From NCBI RefSeq assembly GCF_964355755.1, contig NC_092673.1, forward strand, positions 4,650,001-4,714,000: a stretch of 64,000 nucleotides of DNA, read 5' to 3'. Both the position numbers and the translations under genes were made by a program. The DNA is from Antedon mediterranea (lineage: Eukaryota > Animalia > Echinodermata). The notes below the pieces were generated by a model. It had not been told where the DNA came from. It was given only the letters and a program-made list of their open reading frames with translations, and did no database searches. This document shows, one piece after another, positions 59,877 to 64,000 of this stretch. Within the stretch, counting starts at the first letter, position 1; every line of letters begins with the position of its first letter.

Positions 59877-60910
59877 AAATACCTATTATAATGCAAGAAT
59901 TGCTATAATTTACACTTGATCATTTAGGCTATAGCCACATAGGCTGCAATAACGATATAAATGAACGCACGAAACCATGGGAAAATTTACGTCATAATAC
60001 CGGTACATTTTTACGGTACAGGCCTAAAAGTCATAAAAACGTAATAGGCCTATAGCAGTAATTTGTTGCCGGCAAAGTATCTTTATGATTTTGAGTGCGT
60101 ATAATAATAATGAATCATCCTTGTACATTTTTATCCACCACAGAAGAATATGATTTTGATTTATGATTAAATAAAATTAAAATGATTAAATTATTCGATT
60201 ATTTCAATTCATTCATCAGAATAAAGGGCCCTATATAAATATGGGTCAAGGTAATTTGGTGCTCAAAAAGTGCAGTGTGTAGAAACTATACGCTTTGTCT
60301 TAGCAACCTCTATTTGCTTACAAACAACCCCAACGGTGATTTTTATTATTGTTTTGAAATCTTAATGAATGTGATAAATAGCACAATGAAAATGATATGT
60401 GTAATTATCACACTTGTGGCAAAGAGTCTCGGATACAAGCTATGAAGAATTTAATCACCTTATCGAATCGATACAATTCTTCTTCGCCTCGCAACACGTT
60501 GTTGTGTTAATTTGATATCTGCGTAAACAGTATTGTTTTCACAATGAAAGAAGTTATTGATGTTTGTTCACAACTTTATGTTTTTATAAACCTTCCTAGT
60601 TTAAAAATCCTATTAATAATTAAGGAGTTAGATTAGGGAGCAACTTTTTACTGTATAGGCCTATAAGCATTCATTCACACTGTATGATAAAGCATTAATT
60701 AGTCTTTAAAATAAAAATCCCAGCTGCTAAGTTCCCAGAGACGCGAACTCCTAAAATATTGAAACCCTTTGCATTTCATGGAAAGTATCCCGAGTTGTAT
60801 GTAAATCTTTGATTTCCCCTTGGGCGCACACAAGAACGTAATCGCATCGCACTGGAAAGTGTCGCTGTCGCTTGTGATGTTAAGCTAAACTTGCGTTGCA
60901 TTGCATCTAA

Positions 60911-61042
60911 AGTTATGGCTACACTATCTAACTAATTTGTGTTATCGTAGTGATATGCCAAAATGGTAGTGATATGACATCATCATCCATATATGGGGAC
61001 ATCACATTTTTCTTCACATAGTTTGATAATGTAGACAGAGCT
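60911..61042. mobile_element. MITE family 1 copy nested in a degenerate family-2-like element (~60810-61172)
   Basis: TAA|AGTTATGGCTACACTATC...GTTTGATAATGTAGACAGAGCT|TTA. The host's right end TGCGTTGCGTTCTAGTAGGAACCA matches the family-2 TIR. Confidence 0.75.
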
Positions 61043-64000
61043 TTAAGCTTGCGTCAAATCAAACCTACGATGTTTGCAGCACTATTACGTCGTCGGTTCC
61101 CACCATGTGATTACCCAATACAGCACTTTGCGTCAATACGTCGCTGCGTTGCGTTCTAGTAGGAACCACACTTAATAGTGTGGCGCGCCGCGGCGTTTCA
61201 AAATCACCTGTGGATCTATCGGGTGCACAATTTCATCATGGGCCCTAAATGATTACCAAGTATACAGTATCGGGGGTGGTGGGGAGTTTCTATTCACCTT
61301 CCTAAACGCCATAGCCTAGGTAGCTGGCCTACATGCTTTAATATTTTAGGTAGATTAATCAGCGACTATTGCAAACGGGTTCGTTCAATAGAAACCTCAA
61401 CATTTATAGTAATACCAACAAAAAACCCATTAAATCGATGAGATTGACCTTGGAGTTAATAGTTTATATAGTGATATTATAAACCATTCATTTATTTGTT
61501 TCATTTCCCTGTATTTAACTTTGAGTCTCAAGTTCATGAAATGGAGAACGTGATGTGTCACAAAAAGAACGAAACCTCCCATACGCAGTGGCCCGTGTAG
61601 GCCCAACCCCTACATGGAGACGTTCTGTCGCGCTCAAATCAGTTCAATAAAGTTAGAAAAGAACTATGGATTTATAAAGTTATTCTTAAGCTTTTATACT
61701 CTAAATTTACGATGCGTGCAGACAAGAACCGAAGCAGATCAGATCAATCAAAACGCACAATTAACAAGGGCGGGCACAGGTATGCAAAAGGCTCTTTTCG
61801 CTTACTAGCCATCTCTCAGTGAGCTTATAATTTCACAGCTCATTACATATCAATAATATCCCGTTTTAACGAGTCTATTGTAAACTCGTTTCACTTGGTT
61901 AAATATAACATTGCAATTAATAAACTGCAGTTCTTGACTTTACTATAGTAATTTTAGTGGTATATAATCCTTTTAAAGAACACGAATAATAGAGAAATTA
62001 TCATACTAGCCAACACGTCTGCCAGTGATCTGCCGTTATAATACGGGTAATCGCAATATATTTAAAGTAGATTTCGTTTATGATTTATTGAAGTGGCGAT
62101 TGAGGGGCGACGCACAAAACCTGACAAATCAATTATGACGATTATCGCGATTGAATACCTCAGCGAATGCAAATACCTTTGTGTATTATGTCAATGTAGT
62201 TTTTGGCGAAATTGTATAAAAATAAAACTGTAGCTACCTGTGATAAAATAATTGGTCATCGTGTGTAAACGAACTCTTGTTGTTGATTTTTTTAAAAGAA
62301 TAATAATACTTGCAGATAAGATATAGATTAATATCTACCTATATAAAAATAAAGATAATCCTACTGAAATACAGGATATATAATATCGTTAGTTAGATGA
62401 ATAATCTGTTGCGCATAATGCCTCACTAATCCGCATACTCAGACATCATATCATCAGGATATTAGCCTACCCGCGCCCCCTCCCAATTTCTGTAAAGATA
62501 ATGTACTGTACGATCAAATCCCATCTGGAGCGGATATGTCAAATCCCTATAAAACGAATACATAGGTCTATTATAACATTTATGTTCATCGCGCGCCTAT
62601 AAAACGAATTAATATACATAGGCCTATACTATTATTTACGTCCATCGCAGACCGCTACATTTAAAGTCATGGGTATTTAAATAAAATATTGAAAATAAAG
62701 CTATTCGGTCCTCTATCGTACAATCTTGGATGGATCGAAGCAACGAGGTGACGATTGGTAGGAGAGAATCAACTACTACTAGTACCAGGCCAAACATTCA
62801 GAAAGAAAACGGAACATGGAATTAAATTCGGTTGGGAACATAGGTTTCATAGTATTTCGAACGTGCCTTTTCCTAAAGACCGGGATTTAATGAAAAGGTA
62901 ATGAACTGATTCAAAAGTCGGAAAGCAGTACACCCAACAAATGGAATCTTGCAAGTTTATATCGGTAGCGGAAAAGAGAAACAAACGAAAAGTCACGAAT
63001 CGTATTAATAATCTTAGAATGCAATAAAAATAATCTTATGCTATGACACGATTTAGAGTCTTAAAGGGTTTGGGGGTATGTTTCAGGCAATTTTACGCCT
63101 AGCTTCACAATAACTAAGCTTCATTTCACTTGATGAAAAGCAACAAGTCGATCGCTTTCTCTCAACTGAACTTGCTTTCCATTTGAATTGTACATTTACC
63201 TGTTTAGGGTTGTTCGATTACATACCTTAGGTGTCCCAGAATAACACATGGGTGTGAGAGTAGATGGTGTAGTGAAATGCATAACAAAAAACGCGGTGTC
63301 CTTTATGTAATTTATCATGTTTATTTTACCAGTCCACTGGTGAATAGCTGTTTCTATAAAAGATGACTTTTCATCAAGTTTAATAGTACGTTTTAAGGTT
63401 AAAGAAAAACTAAGCGTAATGTATACCACAAGCCTAGTGTTTACATAAACGATTCGAGAAGTGTATCGAACGCTTAGATAAACTTCAGGCTCTTATATAA
63501 CTTATGACGGCTCGGGGCAGAAACTGTTGAAATCATAGAAAACTATTGTCGCTATGATTAAAACCAATAAAATTTCTTTGATAACTTAACGGAACGAACA
63601 AATGGTGTGAATTAATAAATAATTGCAGTAGAAGGTCATTAAAAAGCTGGAATGTCCCTGGCGATAGAAATTAACATTGACTTTATATAACTTCACCAAC
63701 AAAACGAGATAATTAATTTAGAGTTCTTGTTTGACCATGGAGTAAAGATCCATGGTTTGACCATGTTAATGTTATGAAAGTGTTGACCAATGATCGTTTG
63801 TGTAATTTTGTCGCATCATATAAAGACCACTAAGCAACGTATTTATCCGTGCAAAGACTGAATTCAAATCTGTAGCCCTTGAGGGTGCTTGAATTGAGGT
63901 ATAGGTCCATGGTTTTACACATTGATGAGATCACCACAAACAATAGAGCCGAGTTGATGGGACTGGGACAAAATTAATTTTAAAATTCAAATCATGTGGG

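Overview
AT-rich, intron-containing animal genomic DNA; the gene set and a Deu/Nin-domain SINE suggest an invertebrate deuterostome (inference). From left to right: (1) the last six coding exons of a FAM193A-like gene (+, to 3237); (2) a ~10.4-kb nested satellite block (A-B-C-B-A: ~180-bp units / 10-mer TTCCGAGTAG / palindrome-built ~285-bp satellite with a 1536-bp higher-order repeat / 10-mer / ~180-bp units) between two convergent 3' ends; (3) a complete 14-exon galactocerebrosidase gene (GALC, -, 15918-31052) whose intron 12 holds a DeuSINE-like tRNA SINE and a full-length, very young Gmr1-type gypsy LTR retrotransposon (apparently identical 443-bp LTRs, AGTG TSD, tRNA-Pro PBS, order gag-PR-IN-RT-RH, early nonsense codon); (4) a two-exon Msx homeobox gene (+, 39204-45191) in ~33 kb of otherwise gene-free, more CpG-rich DNA with several MITE families. 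The least expected signal is a roughly 100-fold excess of TAGGCCTA-type words around Msx. Variant monomers inside the satellites show such words arising as TA-duplicating micro-insertions, consistent with transposon excision scars. All exon boundaries, counts and comparisons were made by eye.
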